Below, piece after piece: positions 1-9,067 of a stretch of 64,000 nt of DNA. The stretch comes from SAR202 cluster bacterium (GTDB lineage Bacteria > Chloroflexota > Dehalococcoidia > Lucifugimonadales > OSU-TB39). A program made the position numbers and the translations under genes. The DNA lies in assembly GCA_009392195.1 (NCBI GenBank), contig VFGY01000024.1, forward strand, positions 20,481 through 84,480, in the 5' to 3' direction. The first letter of the stretch is position 1, and each line of letters opens with the position of its first letter. The notes beneath the pieces were generated by a model. That model ran no database searches. It worked only from the letters and a program-made list of their open reading frames with translations, and had not been told where the DNA came from.

Positions 1-1
1 A

Positions 2-289
2 GGACACAAAGGTTCCCGTAGTAAACTATATAGGATTGCTAAAGAATCCATGCTTCACGCGCTTCATTATGCATATGTCCATCGCAGAGAAAAGAAAGGC
101 GACATGCGTAAATTATGGAACGTACGAATTAATGCCGCAGCTAGACTCAATGGACTTTCATACTCTCAGTTGATAAGTGGATTAAAAACTGCAGGTATTA
201 CGATTGATAGAAAAATGCTTTCCGAAGTCGCAGCGAAAGACCCAGAAGCATTTACATTCATTGCAAATCAGGCTAAGCCTTCCAATTAA
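2..289 (+). CDS. rplT: 50S ribosomal protein L20, 5'-truncated by the window edge
   Basis: The frame of ORF 50..289 stays open back to nt 2 (GHKGSRSKLYRIAKES then MLHALHYAYVHRREKKGDMRKLWNVRINAAARLNGLSYSQLISGLK). This matches the conserved L20 core pattern RKLW..RINAA.R..G.SYS....GLK. Confidence 0.9.
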   Translation, partial: GHKGSRSKLYRIAKESMLHALHYAYVHRREKKGDMRKLWNVRINAAARLNGLSYSQLISGLKTAGITIDRKMLSEVAAKDPEAFTFIANQAKPSN

Positions 290-329
290 CCCACATAATC
301 ACAACTTCATCTAAATAACATACTCTTCC

Positions 330-560
330 TTATTCAGGTTTAGTACGTTTTTCCAATAACGCAGCAAATGCAGGTACTACTATAACTAAAGCCATACCGA
401 GTATGATAATAAATAAAGGTACCTCGTCACCAGCAAATTTAGGACTAGGACCGTAGTGTTCCAACAACATAAATACAACGCCAAGTCCTACCGCAAAAGC
501 TGCTACTAAAATTATTGATAGCAACGGGAAAAGTATGAAGTCTTTGCTTTTATTCGCCAT
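330..560 (-). CDS. small two-TM membrane protein of unknown function, immediately downstream of the cta cluster
   Basis: 76-aa ORF with two clear hydrophobic helices (LFPLLSIILVAAFAVGLGVVFML and LFIIILGMALVIVVPAFAALL). It is co-directional with ctaG and 33 nt downstream of it. I recognise no family. Confidence 0.5.
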   Translation of the reverse strand: MANKSKDFILFPLLSIILVAAFAVGLGVVFMLLEHYGPSPKFAGDEVPLFIIILGMALVIVVPAFAALLEKRTKPE

Positions 561-593
561 TTTTTAGTCTCCACTCTAATTTAGTCTTCGGAT

Positions 594-1427
594 TTACCGA
601 AATACATCTTTTTCATTAACAGAATAATCTCCTGATATATCCTGCTCAGCTTTATACCACTTCAAAAATATACTTATCAACAAAGTTAAAAACACACCGC
701 CTCCTCCTACTTTCATTATAATACCACCAATCTGTTGATCTAACATTGCTGATATTCCAAACAATCTTGGAGCATCAATATACCAATCATACAGAGGATC
801 GTTGGAAAATGTAATCATTCCAAAAACTATTATCTGGGCAATAGACAAAAAGAAAAGATAAATTATCCTTAGAGGATAGTTCAGCTTAGGCAAAAGACGT
901 GACCTACTAGCAATAGGCCACCACATTAATATCGCTGTAAATATGAACATAGAATGCTCTATAACATGCACCCAGTGTAAAGATACAGAGTAATGATATA
1001 AATATGGCATATGCCATATGGAAAAAGTTAAGTTGAATGAAAAAAATGCTACAAGTGGATGAGTTAACAATTTCATTACATTAGACAAAAATGGAACATT
1101 CAAAGATTTGTTGATTGCCTGATCAGGAATTCCAAATATGATTAAAGGAGGCGCCAACAAAGTCAATAGTACGTGTTGCAGCATATGTGCACTAAAAAGA
1201 TAATTATCGCTAATATAATGCAATGGAGATAAAAGGCAAATCGCTATTATGATTATGCCTAATGTAAAAGCCATTATTTGTCCTGAAGAAACTTCTGTAG
1301 CAACTGAATGGTGATTTAACCTACCAACTAAAAACATATAAGCAAGTTGGATCACTGAGAGACCGATGATAACCTCAGGATGCGGATGCCAATGATTCCA
1401 AATAATCTGGTAAATACTGGATTCCAA
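594..1427 (-). CDS. ctaG: caa3-type cytochrome c oxidase assembly factor CtaG (polytopic membrane protein)
   Basis: 277-aa multi-TM protein with the Caa3_CtaG-type motif SAHMLQHVLLTLLAPPLII. It sits last in the cta cluster, as in Bacillus. Confidence 0.8.
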   Translation of the reverse strand: MESSIYQIIWNHWHPHPEVIIGLSVIQLAYMFLVGRLNHHSVATEVSSGQIMAFTLGIIIIAICLLSPLHYISDNYLFSAHMLQHVLLTLLAPPLIIFGIPDQAINKSLNVPFLSNVMKLLTHPLVAFFSFNLTFSIWHMPYLYHYSVSLHWVHVIEHSMFIFTAILMWWPIASRSRLLPKLNYPLRIIYLFFLSIAQIIVFGMITFSNDPLYDWYIDAPRLFGISAMLDQQIGGIIMKVGGGGVFLTLLISIFLKWYKAEQDISGDYSVNEKDVFR

Positions 1428-1441
1428 TATTTTATGAGTGT

Positions 1442-1762
1442 CTAAACGAAGTATTTAAAAAGAGTCATCAAAGCAAGACAAATGCATGCAGCTAATACTA
1501 CACCACCAAAAAACAAAGAAGAAAATAATTTAGAGTCATATTTTAAATGCATATAAAACATTGCTACCAAACCAAATTTCAATCCCGATAAAATAACCAA
1601 AACAGGAATTATCCCCCACTTAAGATCTTCTATGTAAAATACTCCAACTTCGATGGCAGTTATAACCACCAAAGTCATAGCGACTTTAAAATATATAGCT
1701 GGAGATGGATGATCCTGATGTTCGGAATTAATTGTTTCGTTTATTTTTGAACCTGTATCCAT
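1442..1762 (-). CDS. ctaF: cytochrome c oxidase subunit IV (prokaryotic COX4 type)
   Basis: 106 aa with three TM helices and the conserved FYMHLKYD motif. It lies directly after subunit III. Confidence 0.8.
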   Translation of the reverse strand: MDTGSKINETINSEHQDHPSPAIYFKVAMTLVVITAIEVGVFYIEDLKWGIIPVLVILSGLKFGLVAMFYMHLKYDSKLFSSLFFGGVVLAACICLALMTLFKYFV

Positions 1763-1792
1763 ATTAATTTCTCTCTATAGTGTCAATATTAA

Positions 1793-2416
1793 CTAGAATC
1801 CCTTAAACACTCCAAATAAATAAACCACTGTAAATATTATAATCCAAACCATATCTACAAAATGCCAATATAAAGCTGCTAGATCAACATCTAGACTTTT
1901 TTCAGGGGTTACTCCACCTCTATAAGAATGAAAAAACAAAGACACCAACCAAATCACTCCTAAAGTTACGTGAGCCCCATGAATTCCCGTTAAAGTAAAA
2001 AACGTGGTCCCAAACAAATTTACTTGTGGTGTTAAATGGTCATGATGTACAAATGTCCTAAATTCAAAAACTTGGAAAGCTAAAAACGTTGCACCCATTA
2101 TAGCAGTCGACAGTATCCAAATTCTGAATCCTTTTAAATTTCCTCTATTCAATGCAGAATAGGCTAACACCATACTCATACTACTCATCAACAGTACAAA
2201 AGTACTAACTGAAGTGGTAGGTATATCAAATACATCCACAGGGTAAGGACCCACCAATGATTTACCTTGATGTACCAAATACGTGGCAATTAAAGAACCA
2301 AAAAACATACAATCTGAACCCAAAAACAACCACATCAACAATTTCCTATTATCTAACCCTGTAGTTGTATCATGAGAGTTTTCAGTTTGATTTTCCATTA
2401 CGGACGTATTATCCAA
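1793..2416 (-). CDS. ctaE: cytochrome c oxidase subunit III
   Basis: 207 aa. It has typical Cox3 helices (FFGSLIATY, TGIHGAHVTLG, YWHFVDMVWIIIF). Confidence 0.92.
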   Translation of the reverse strand: MDNTSVMENQTENSHDTTTGLDNRKLLMWLFLGSDCMFFGSLIATYLVHQGKSLVGPYPVDVFDIPTTSVSTFVLLMSSMSMVLAYSALNRGNLKGFRIWILSTAIMGATFLAFQVFEFRTFVHHDHLTPQVNLFGTTFFTLTGIHGAHVTLGVIWLVSLFFHSYRGGVTPEKSLDVDLAALYWHFVDMVWIIIFTVVYLFGVFKGF

Positions 2417-2435
2417 TTCACACTCCTACGTAATC

Positions 2436-4283
2436 TCAATGCGAGTCTTCGGGATCATTAACTGGCTCAAATGACCAGGCATAAACAGAGAACATTGTAA
2501 TCATAAACCCAATTGCTGTTACAGCAATACCAATTATGGACGATATATAAACTGCTCCATACCCGGCGATTAACAAACCCATTGAACATAGAAACGGCCA
2601 ATATGAAGGCTGTGGCAGATGTATTGAGTGGTCTTCAACAGGAGGATCATCAGATACAACTATTCCATTTTGTTTTTTATCAATCCATAACTGATCTAGT
2701 CCGGTAACTGTTGGTATATCTTTAAAATTATATTCTGGTGGAGGTGATGAAATTGACCATTCTAATGTTCTGGCATCCCATGGGTCAGAACCTGCCAACT
2801 TACCTTTCATCAAACTTATAACAACATTGTGTATAAATATCAAAATCGAAAATGCTAGCAATAACGAACCTGCAGTTGAAACTCCATTCCAAAGATTCCA
2901 ACCCATATCAGCATCGTAAGTATAAATTCTCCTTGGCATTCCATCCATTCCTAAGAAATGCTGAGGGAAAAAAGTAATATTCATTCCAATAAACATCAAC
3001 CAAAAATTCAATTTCCCTATTTTTTCATCAAGGAATTTTCCAGTTACTTTAGGGAACCAATAATATATTCCTCCAAAAATCGCTACTATAGCTCCTCCAA
3101 ATAAAACATAGTGGATGTGAGCTACGATGAAATATGTGTCTTGCTGCTGAGCATCTGAAGCTGCAATAGAATGCATGACACCACTTAATCCTCCAATAAT
3201 GAACAAAAAGACAAATCCCACTGCAAAAAGCATTGGGGTTTTGAAATCAATCGAACCTCCCCACATAGTCCCTAGCCAATTGAATATCTTCACTCCAGTG
3301 GGGACGGCAATAGCCATGGTTGTCAAAGCAAAAACGGAGTTAGCCACAGGTCCCAATCCGACTGTAAACATATGGTGGCTCCACACCATCCATCCCATGA
3401 ACCCAATTATAACTCCTGATAAAACTATAAACGGATATCCAAATAAGGGTTTTTTAGAGAAAGTAGGTAATATTTCTGAGACTATACCCATCGCGGGAAG
3501 TATCAGGATATAAACTTCTGGGTGTCCAAATATCCAAAATAGATGCTGCCATAAAACCGGACTAGCACCAGCAGATGTCACGAAAAAATTCATCGCAAAA
3601 TACCTGTCCAAGTATAGTTCGATAAGGGCAACGGTTATAACTGGAAATGCAAAAATTAACAAAAAAGAAGTGACAAATGTCATCCATGTGAACAATGGCA
3701 TGCGCATCAATGACATACCAGGAGCTCTCATATTAATGATCGTAGTCAAAAAATTGAACGCTGCTGCTAGTGATGCTACTCCAAGTATCTGCAAACTGAT
3801 TATCCAAAAATCAACTCCATGACCTGGATTATAGGCAGAACCAGTAATTGGGGCATAGCCAAACCAACCAGCATTAGGTGCACCACCCAAAAACCAACTC
3901 AATTTCAAGACTATTGCTCCAGATAAGAATGTCCAATAACTAAAGGCATTTAACCGAGGAAAAGCTACATCCCTCGCACCGATCTGAAGAGGTATCACAT
4001 AATTAAAAAAAGCGGCACTCATGGGCATAACACCCAGAAATATCATTGTAGTTGCATGCATTGTGAATAACTGGTTGTATACTTCAGGAGACACTATACC
4101 AGCATTAGGACCACCGAGTTGGATTCTAATTATTAACGCTTCAATACCGCCAGTAAGAAACATTAAAAACGAAGTTACTCCATAAAGAATACCTATTTTT
4201 TTATGGTCTATTGTTGTAATCCATGACCAAATACCAGTTGGATGTAACGGCCTAGCTATACCGGACAAAGCAAGTAAAGTCAT
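2436..4283 (-). CDS. ctaD: cytochrome c oxidase subunit I (heme-copper oxidase, A family)
   Basis: 615 aa. Hallmark motifs are present: WIFGHPEVYILILP, HHMFTVG, VAHIHYVLFGG, GMPRRIYTY. Confidence 0.97.
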   Translation of the reverse strand: MTLLALSGIARPLHPTGIWSWITTIDHKKIGILYGVTSFLMFLTGGIEALIIRIQLGGPNAGIVSPEVYNQLFTMHATTMIFLGVMPMSAAFFNYVIPLQIGARDVAFPRLNAFSYWTFLSGAIVLKLSWFLGGAPNAGWFGYAPITGSAYNPGHGVDFWIISLQILGVASLAAAFNFLTTIINMRAPGMSLMRMPLFTWMTFVTSFLLIFAFPVITVALIELYLDRYFAMNFFVTSAGASPVLWQHLFWIFGHPEVYILILPAMGIVSEILPTFSKKPLFGYPFIVLSGVIIGFMGWMVWSHHMFTVGLGPVANSVFALTTMAIAVPTGVKIFNWLGTMWGGSIDFKTPMLFAVGFVFLFIIGGLSGVMHSIAASDAQQQDTYFIVAHIHYVLFGGAIVAIFGGIYYWFPKVTGKFLDEKIGKLNFWLMFIGMNITFFPQHFLGMDGMPRRIYTYDADMGWNLWNGVSTAGSLLLAFSILIFIHNVVISLMKGKLAGSDPWDARTLEWSISSPPPEYNFKDIPTVTGLDQLWIDKKQNGIVVSDDPPVEDHSIHLPQPSYWPFLCSMGLLIAGYGAVYISSIIGIAVTAIGFMITMFSVYAWSFEPVNDPEDSH

Positions 4284-4365
4284 CCAATGCCTCCCAGCTG
4301 AGTATTCAATTCCATATTGATATCTTGATTTAAACCTTTAGAATACATCAATTTTCCCTCAATCA

Positions 4366-5430
4366 TCATTTTAAAGACTGTAAATAAGCCACTAATGCAG
4401 CAATCTGACCATCAGTCAAAGCTAGTTCATCCTGAGTATAAATCAAACCTTCTTTGGACATTATATTACCTGGCTTTATTTTATCAGGGTCTTTTATCCA
4501 ATCTCTAAGATTTTCTTGATTATTTTCCATTATCGCAGAACCAATATGACTCCTACTCGCCAGATGGGTTAGGTTAGGACCTTTTTTGCCCCTCGCTTTT
4601 TTCAAACCCTTAACCGTATGACAAGAGTAACATTGACCTGAACCTTCAAATATTTCTCTACCCTTTGCCGCTAATGGATCTGCAGAATTGAATCCATCAG
4701 CATCTTGCTCAAGCAACCAATTATTAAATTCTTCTGGAGTTTCTACTACAACTCTAAACTTCATAAGGGCATGAGCTACACCACAAAACTCCGCACATTG
4801 TCCCAAGTAGATTCCTTCCGCCCCTTTGTTAGCTTTTATCCACATTTTATTGGTGTTGCCAGGAACAACGTCTACTTTCCCAGCTAATTTCGGTATCCAA
4901 AAACTATGCAACACATTTTGAGAACGTAGTTCAAGATTGACAACAGTATCACTTGGTATACGCATTTCATTAGCAGTTACTATACGATCTCCACTGCCGT
5001 TGGGATGAGGATATGTAAATTCCCACCACCATTGATGACCGATAGCTTCTACTGTAAGTGAATTTGGATCAGGTGAATTAGCATTGGCAAACGTCTCTTT
5101 AATAGTAGGCACTGCCACTATAGCCAACAAAATAATAGGCAAAATCGTCAAGGCTATTTCCAACTTAGTATTTCCGTGTATCTGAGGTGGATCCACGTCC
5201 CCTTCTTTTTTACGATACCTAACGAGTATATACAACATAAATCCAACAACAATTATAAAAACTGCTGTAGCAACCCAAAATATTAAATAAAAAAGTTCAG
5301 CTTGACCTTGGGCGACAGGACCTTGTGGATCAAATGTTGACTGCTTGTGACTTGGGTAACAAGCAAATAAAAGAAACAAAAAAGGTGATGCTTTGAAAAT
5401 CAGGCCGAACAGAGATTTAAACCCTCTCAT
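4366..5430 (-). CDS. ctaC: cytochrome c oxidase subunit II with fused C-terminal cytochrome c domain (caa3 type), probable lipoprotein
   Basis: 354 aa. CuA site is HSFWIPKLAGKVD...CAEFCGVAHALM. The C-terminal heme-c motif CYSCH has a later Met ligand region. The N-terminal signal ends LLFAC. Confidence 0.95.
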   Translation of the reverse strand: MRGFKSLFGLIFKASPFLFLLFACYPSHKQSTFDPQGPVAQGQAELFYLIFWVATAVFIIVVGFMLYILVRYRKKEGDVDPPQIHGNTKLEIALTILPIILLAIVAVPTIKETFANANSPDPNSLTVEAIGHQWWWEFTYPHPNGSGDRIVTANEMRIPSDTVVNLELRSQNVLHSFWIPKLAGKVDVVPGNTNKMWIKANKGAEGIYLGQCAEFCGVAHALMKFRVVVETPEEFNNWLLEQDADGFNSADPLAAKGREIFEGSGQCYSCHTVKGLKKARGKKGPNLTHLASRSHIGSAIMENNQENLRDWIKDPDKIKPGNIMSKEGLIYTQDELALTDGQIAALVAYLQSLK

Positions 5431-5547
5431 CTTTACAGAAAATCGCTCCTCGATACTATATTTCTAAATTTGCCATTAATTCGCAAACTTATGTTGCAAT
5501 ATTAAACCAACATCAGTCAAATTAACAGTATTCAGGATATATTAATA

Positions 5548-6465
5548 TCATACTCCAAACAATACACTATCTATAATAATTGCTATAAATAATACGCCTA
5601 GATAGGCAATAGAGAACAAATATAGCTTTTTGGCTCCATTTATGCCATCAGTACGTAACAACTTAACAACATACCAAATAAAAAATGCTCCCAATATGCA
5701 ACAACTACTTAGATAAACAAGCCCAAAAACGTCGCTAAAGCTCCAGTATGTAAGTAAAGTTATCGCAACAAGCACTATAGTGTATCTCAATATCGACCGC
5801 TTGGTACTTTGAACCCCAACCACAACTGGCAACATAGGTATTTGCGCCAATCTATAATCATCTTTCAATATTAACGAAAGGGCCCAAAAATGAGGCGGGG
5901 TCCATACAAATATTATTATAAATAAACATATCGCTGGACCTAATTCAAATAAACCTTCATACCCTCTTACTGCTACCCAACCTACTAAAGGTGGAACTGC
6001 TCCAGCTGCTCCACCAATAACAATATTCTGAGGGGTCCGTCTTTTCAGTATCATAGTATAGATCAATATATAGAAAACTGATGCTGCTATAGTCAAAATA
6101 GCACTCTCAGGATTTACAAGAATCCACATCAATCCGAATGCGATCAAATTTGTAAATAACCCAAAAATCAAAGCGTGTAATGAAGGAATACTTTCACTAA
6201 CTAATGGTCTCTTCTTTGAAGTCCTTGACATGACTGAATCTATATCTTTTTCTAAATATTGGTTGATAGCATTAGCTCCAGCGGCAGCAAGAGAACCACC
6301 AAACATAACTAATACAATAAGACTCAAGCTTGGCATGCCTTTTTGTGCCAAAAACATACCACCTATAGATGTAATCAATAATAAAATTATTATCTTGGGC
6401 TTTGTTAATGCTATGTAGGCGGTTAACGTCGTAAGAAAAGTTGCCTTAGAATTTTGGACTACCAT
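5548..6465 (-). CDS. ctaB: protoheme IX farnesyltransferase (heme O synthase)
   Basis: 305-aa polytopic UbiA-family protein (NQYLEKDIDSVMSRTSKRPL, PPHFWALS) between ctaA and ctaC. Confidence 0.93.
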   Translation of the reverse strand: MVVQNSKATFLTTLTAYIALTKPKIIILLLITSIGGMFLAQKGMPSLSLIVLVMFGGSLAAAGANAINQYLEKDIDSVMSRTSKKRPLVSESIPSLHALIFGLFTNLIAFGLMWILVNPESAILTIAASVFYILIYTMILKRRTPQNIVIGGAAGAVPPLVGWVAVRGYEGLFELGPAICLFIIIFVWTPPHFWALSLILKDDYRLAQIPMLPVVVGVQSTKRSILRYTIVLVAITLLTYWSFSDVFGLVYLSSCCILGAFFIWYVVKLLRTDGINGAKKLYLFSIAYLGVLFIAIIIDSVLFGV

Positions 6466-6491
6466 CTAACATATCCTTCACAGAAATATAC

Positions 6492-7421
6492 CTAAACGTA
6501 TTTGATATATTCTTTGCTATAAATAGAAACAACAATAGAAATTGCAACCCAAAACAAAGTCGCCATAGTCAAATGTATAGCTTTAAATTCGCTTGCAAAT
6601 CCAGTCCAAATTATTATAGCACCCAAAATGATTTGTGCCACTAATATCAATAATCCAGCAGCCATACTCATGCTAAATCTATTTTTAAACCCATATTCTT
6701 TTATTGACAGATAAAAAAGACTTGCAAAACTTAACAATAAAACAATCGCAATGTACCTATGAGCCATATGCATGAAAGAAAATAAATCGGTTGGGAAAAA
6801 TTCCCCTCGACATAAAGGCCATGTGCCACAAACAGCCGAATATCCACTTCCAACTACATAGGAGCCAAATAAAATACTGAAAAATGCAATTCCAAAATTA
6901 AATGCCACCAGTTGACCAATGATTTTACGATTGATTAGACCAACGACTTTTTCAGTTGGTGATTCAAAAACAATAATTACGCATAGGCAAGCGATCAAAA
7001 TTTCCGCTACTCCTAAGTGTATTAATCTCATCCATTTAGATAACTCCGTCAAAACAGTTACGCCACCTAACAATCCAGCAAAAACGACTAAAATCAAGGC
7101 CAAAATGGATAAGCGCACAGTTAATTTTCTTTTGGAATTATGATTACTAAAAACAAAGCCCAAGCACATTAATATAACCAAAATACCCAATATCATACCT
7201 GATAAACGATGCGAATATTCTATAAGAGTGTCAAGTTTGAATGGAGGTATAATCTGACCATAGCATAATGGCCAATCAGGACATCCTAAACCGGAACCGG
7301 TTACCCTGACTATTCCACCAAGTGTTACTTGGGCAATTGCATCAATTAATGCTACGACAGATAGCCAAATAAGGTTTTTACGGTTAAGAATAGTGGGAAT
7401 ATATTTGCCTCGAATTAACAT
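6492..7421 (-). CDS. ctaA: heme A synthase (COX15/CtaA family)
   Basis: 309 aa, 8 predicted TM helices. It has paired Cys motifs GCPDWPLC and CGTWPLC and conserved His (YSHRLSG, MAHRY), typical of Bacillus-type CtaA. Confidence 0.88.
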   Translation of the reverse strand: MLIRGKYIPTILNRKNLIWLSVVALIDAIAQVTLGGIVRVTGSGLGCPDWPLCYGQIIPPFKLDTLIEYSHRLSGMILGILVILMCLGFVFSNHNSKRKLTVRLSILALILVVFAGLLGGVTVLTELSKWMRLIHLGVAEILIACLCVIIVFESPTEKVVGLINRKIIGQLVAFNFGIAFFSILFGSYVVGSGYSAVCGTWPLCRGEFFPTDLFSFMHMAHRYIAIVLLLSFASLFYLSIKEYGFKNRFSMSMAAGLLILVAQIILGAIIIWTGFASEFKAIHLTMATLFWVAISIVVSIYSKEYIKYV

Positions 7422-7620
7422 ACAGCCTATAAATTAAAGATATCACAAACCTCGAACAACAGAAACTCTTCCCTTTTACTGATAAAAAATCAAATCATAT
7501 AATCTGCTTACACCGACTATTCAATAGTGCCTGATAAATTAATCTGGTACAATACTCAGGGTATTATCAATTAGATTTCTATCGGTATCATCTACATAAC
7601 CTTAAAATGGAGTTAAAACT

Positions 7621-7968
7621 ATGCCTACACGTGAAGAAGGTGAGCCCTATTTCAGGGTCGACAGCAAAGAAGCATTTGAAATGTTGAAGGATGAAAACGC
7701 TATATGCATTGATGTTAGAGGTGAAGATGAATATTTAACTGGTCACGTTAAAGATGCTATTTCTATACCAGTAGATTCAATCCTCACAAGGATAGATGAG
7801 CTGCCAAAAGATAAAACATTGTTATTCATTTGCGGCATGGGTGTAAGAAGTGGACTGGCATGCGAGATGGCAGCATCAATGGGCCTAGACACAGATAAAC
7901 TTTACAATATCCAGGATGGAACACCAGCATGGATAGAGAACAAACTTCCAACTGAATACGGAGAGTGA
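7621..7968 (+). CDS. single-domain rhodanese-like sulfurtransferase
   Basis: 115 aa with the rhodanese fold pattern (IDVRGEDEYLTGHVKDAISIP) and the active-site loop CGMGVRS. Confidence 0.85.
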   Translation: MPTREEGEPYFRVDSKEAFEMLKDENAICIDVRGEDEYLTGHVKDAISIPVDSILTRIDELPKDKTLLFICGMGVRSGLACEMAASMGLDTDKLYNIQDGTPAWIENKLPTEYGE

Positions 7969-7970
7969 AA

Positions 7971-8057
7971 TTGAATAAAACGAAACGTCAGGCATGGAAA
8001 AAACACAGAAAAACACAAAAGAAAATGAAGCTCGCACGGAAAGCTTTAAATAGCTAA
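7971..8057 (+). CDS. candidate 28-aa ultra-basic micro-protein (not in the ORF track)
   Basis: TTG start 3 nt after the rhodanese stop, with GGAG about 7 nt upstream. It translates to MNKTKRQAWKKHRKTQKKMKLARKALNS, in which 12 of 28 residues are Lys/Arg. It could also be a chance product of A-rich spacer DNA. Confidence 0.3.
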   Translation: MNKTKRQAWKKHRKTQKKMKLARKALNS

Positions 8058-8095
8058 TTCAAAGCTAACTTACTTTATTTGAAGATTTATCTTAT

Positions 8096-9010
8096 ATGAA
8101 TAATTCAGTTTTAGTAGTCGGTTCGATCGCATACGACTCTGTAACAACTCCTTCAGGCATTAGAGAACATGCCCTTGGAGGGTCAGCTACTTATTTCTCA
8201 ATATCTGCAAGTTATTTCAATCAAGTAAGCATAGTAGCTGTAATAGGCGACGATTTCTTAAAAAAAGATTTAGATTTAATTAGTAGAAAAGGCATAAATA
8301 CTGTTGACTTACAAAAGGTCCCCGGGAAAACCTTTCGATGGAAGGGTTCTTACAATTTTGGTGATTTGAACCAAAGAGAAACAATATCAACGGACCTTAA
8401 TGTATTTGCGGACTTCAAACCAATCCTGAGTACAATCAACCAAAATGTCTCTTGCGTGTTCCTTGCAAATATAGATCCTGAATTACAATTAGATGTTTTA
8501 GAGCAAATGATGATAAAACCAGATATTTCACTTCTAGACAGCATGAATTATTGGATCGACACTAAATTCGAATCTTTAGAAAAAGTCCTCAAAAAAATCA
8601 ACATATTAATACTAGATGTAAATGAAATTAAAGAATTTACTTCAAAAACTTCAGTTGAAGAAGCTACTAAAAAGATACAAGAAACCTACGGTGTCGAGTT
8701 CATTGTGGTAAAAAACGGGGAACACGGTTCTACTCTATGGTCAAATGGATTACAATTTAATGCGCCTCCATTTAAAGTTACAAAAATAATCGACCCTACA
8801 GGCGCAGGAGATTCTTTTGCCGGAGGATTCACAGGATATTTAACTAAATCAGGCAAAATAGATTTGCAAACAATGAAAAAAGCAATGATATATGGAAATA
8901 CCATGGGGTCATTCGCTGTAGAAACATTCAGCATAGATAGATTGCTAGATTTAACTAATGAGGAAATAGAAAATCGTGCTAAAAACATAATGGCCAAATC
9001 AAGCCTGTAG
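8096..9010 (+). CDS. PfkB/ribokinase-family kinase; possible adenosine kinase from context
   Basis: 304 aa. The N-terminal GG motif is ALGGSATY and the C-terminal PfkB signature is DPTGAGDSFAGGF. It lies directly upstream of ahcY-metK. Confidence 0.85.
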   Translation: MNNSVLVVGSIAYDSVTTPSGIREHALGGSATYFSISASYFNQVSIVAVIGDDFLKKDLDLISRKGINTVDLQKVPGKTFRWKGSYNFGDLNQRETISTDLNVFADFKPILSTINQNVSCVFLANIDPELQLDVLEQMMIKPDISLLDSMNYWIDTKFESLEKVLKKINILILDVNEIKEFTSKTSVEEATKKIQETYGVEFIVVKNGEHGSTLWSNGLQFNAPPFKVTKIIDPTGAGDSFAGGFTGYLTKSGKIDLQTMKKAMIYGNTMGSFAVETFSIDRLLDLTNEEIENRAKNIMAKSSL

Positions 9011-9067
9011 CAAATAATTTAGTTCTAAATAAAATTGGCGAAATAACGGAGGATACAAAAATCAACC

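Noticed and set aside
9011-9067. SAH riboswitch before ahcY, or SAM riboswitch before metK (10328..10369)
   Set aside because: The spacers are only 57 and 42 nt, and I saw no conserved riboswitch core sequences.
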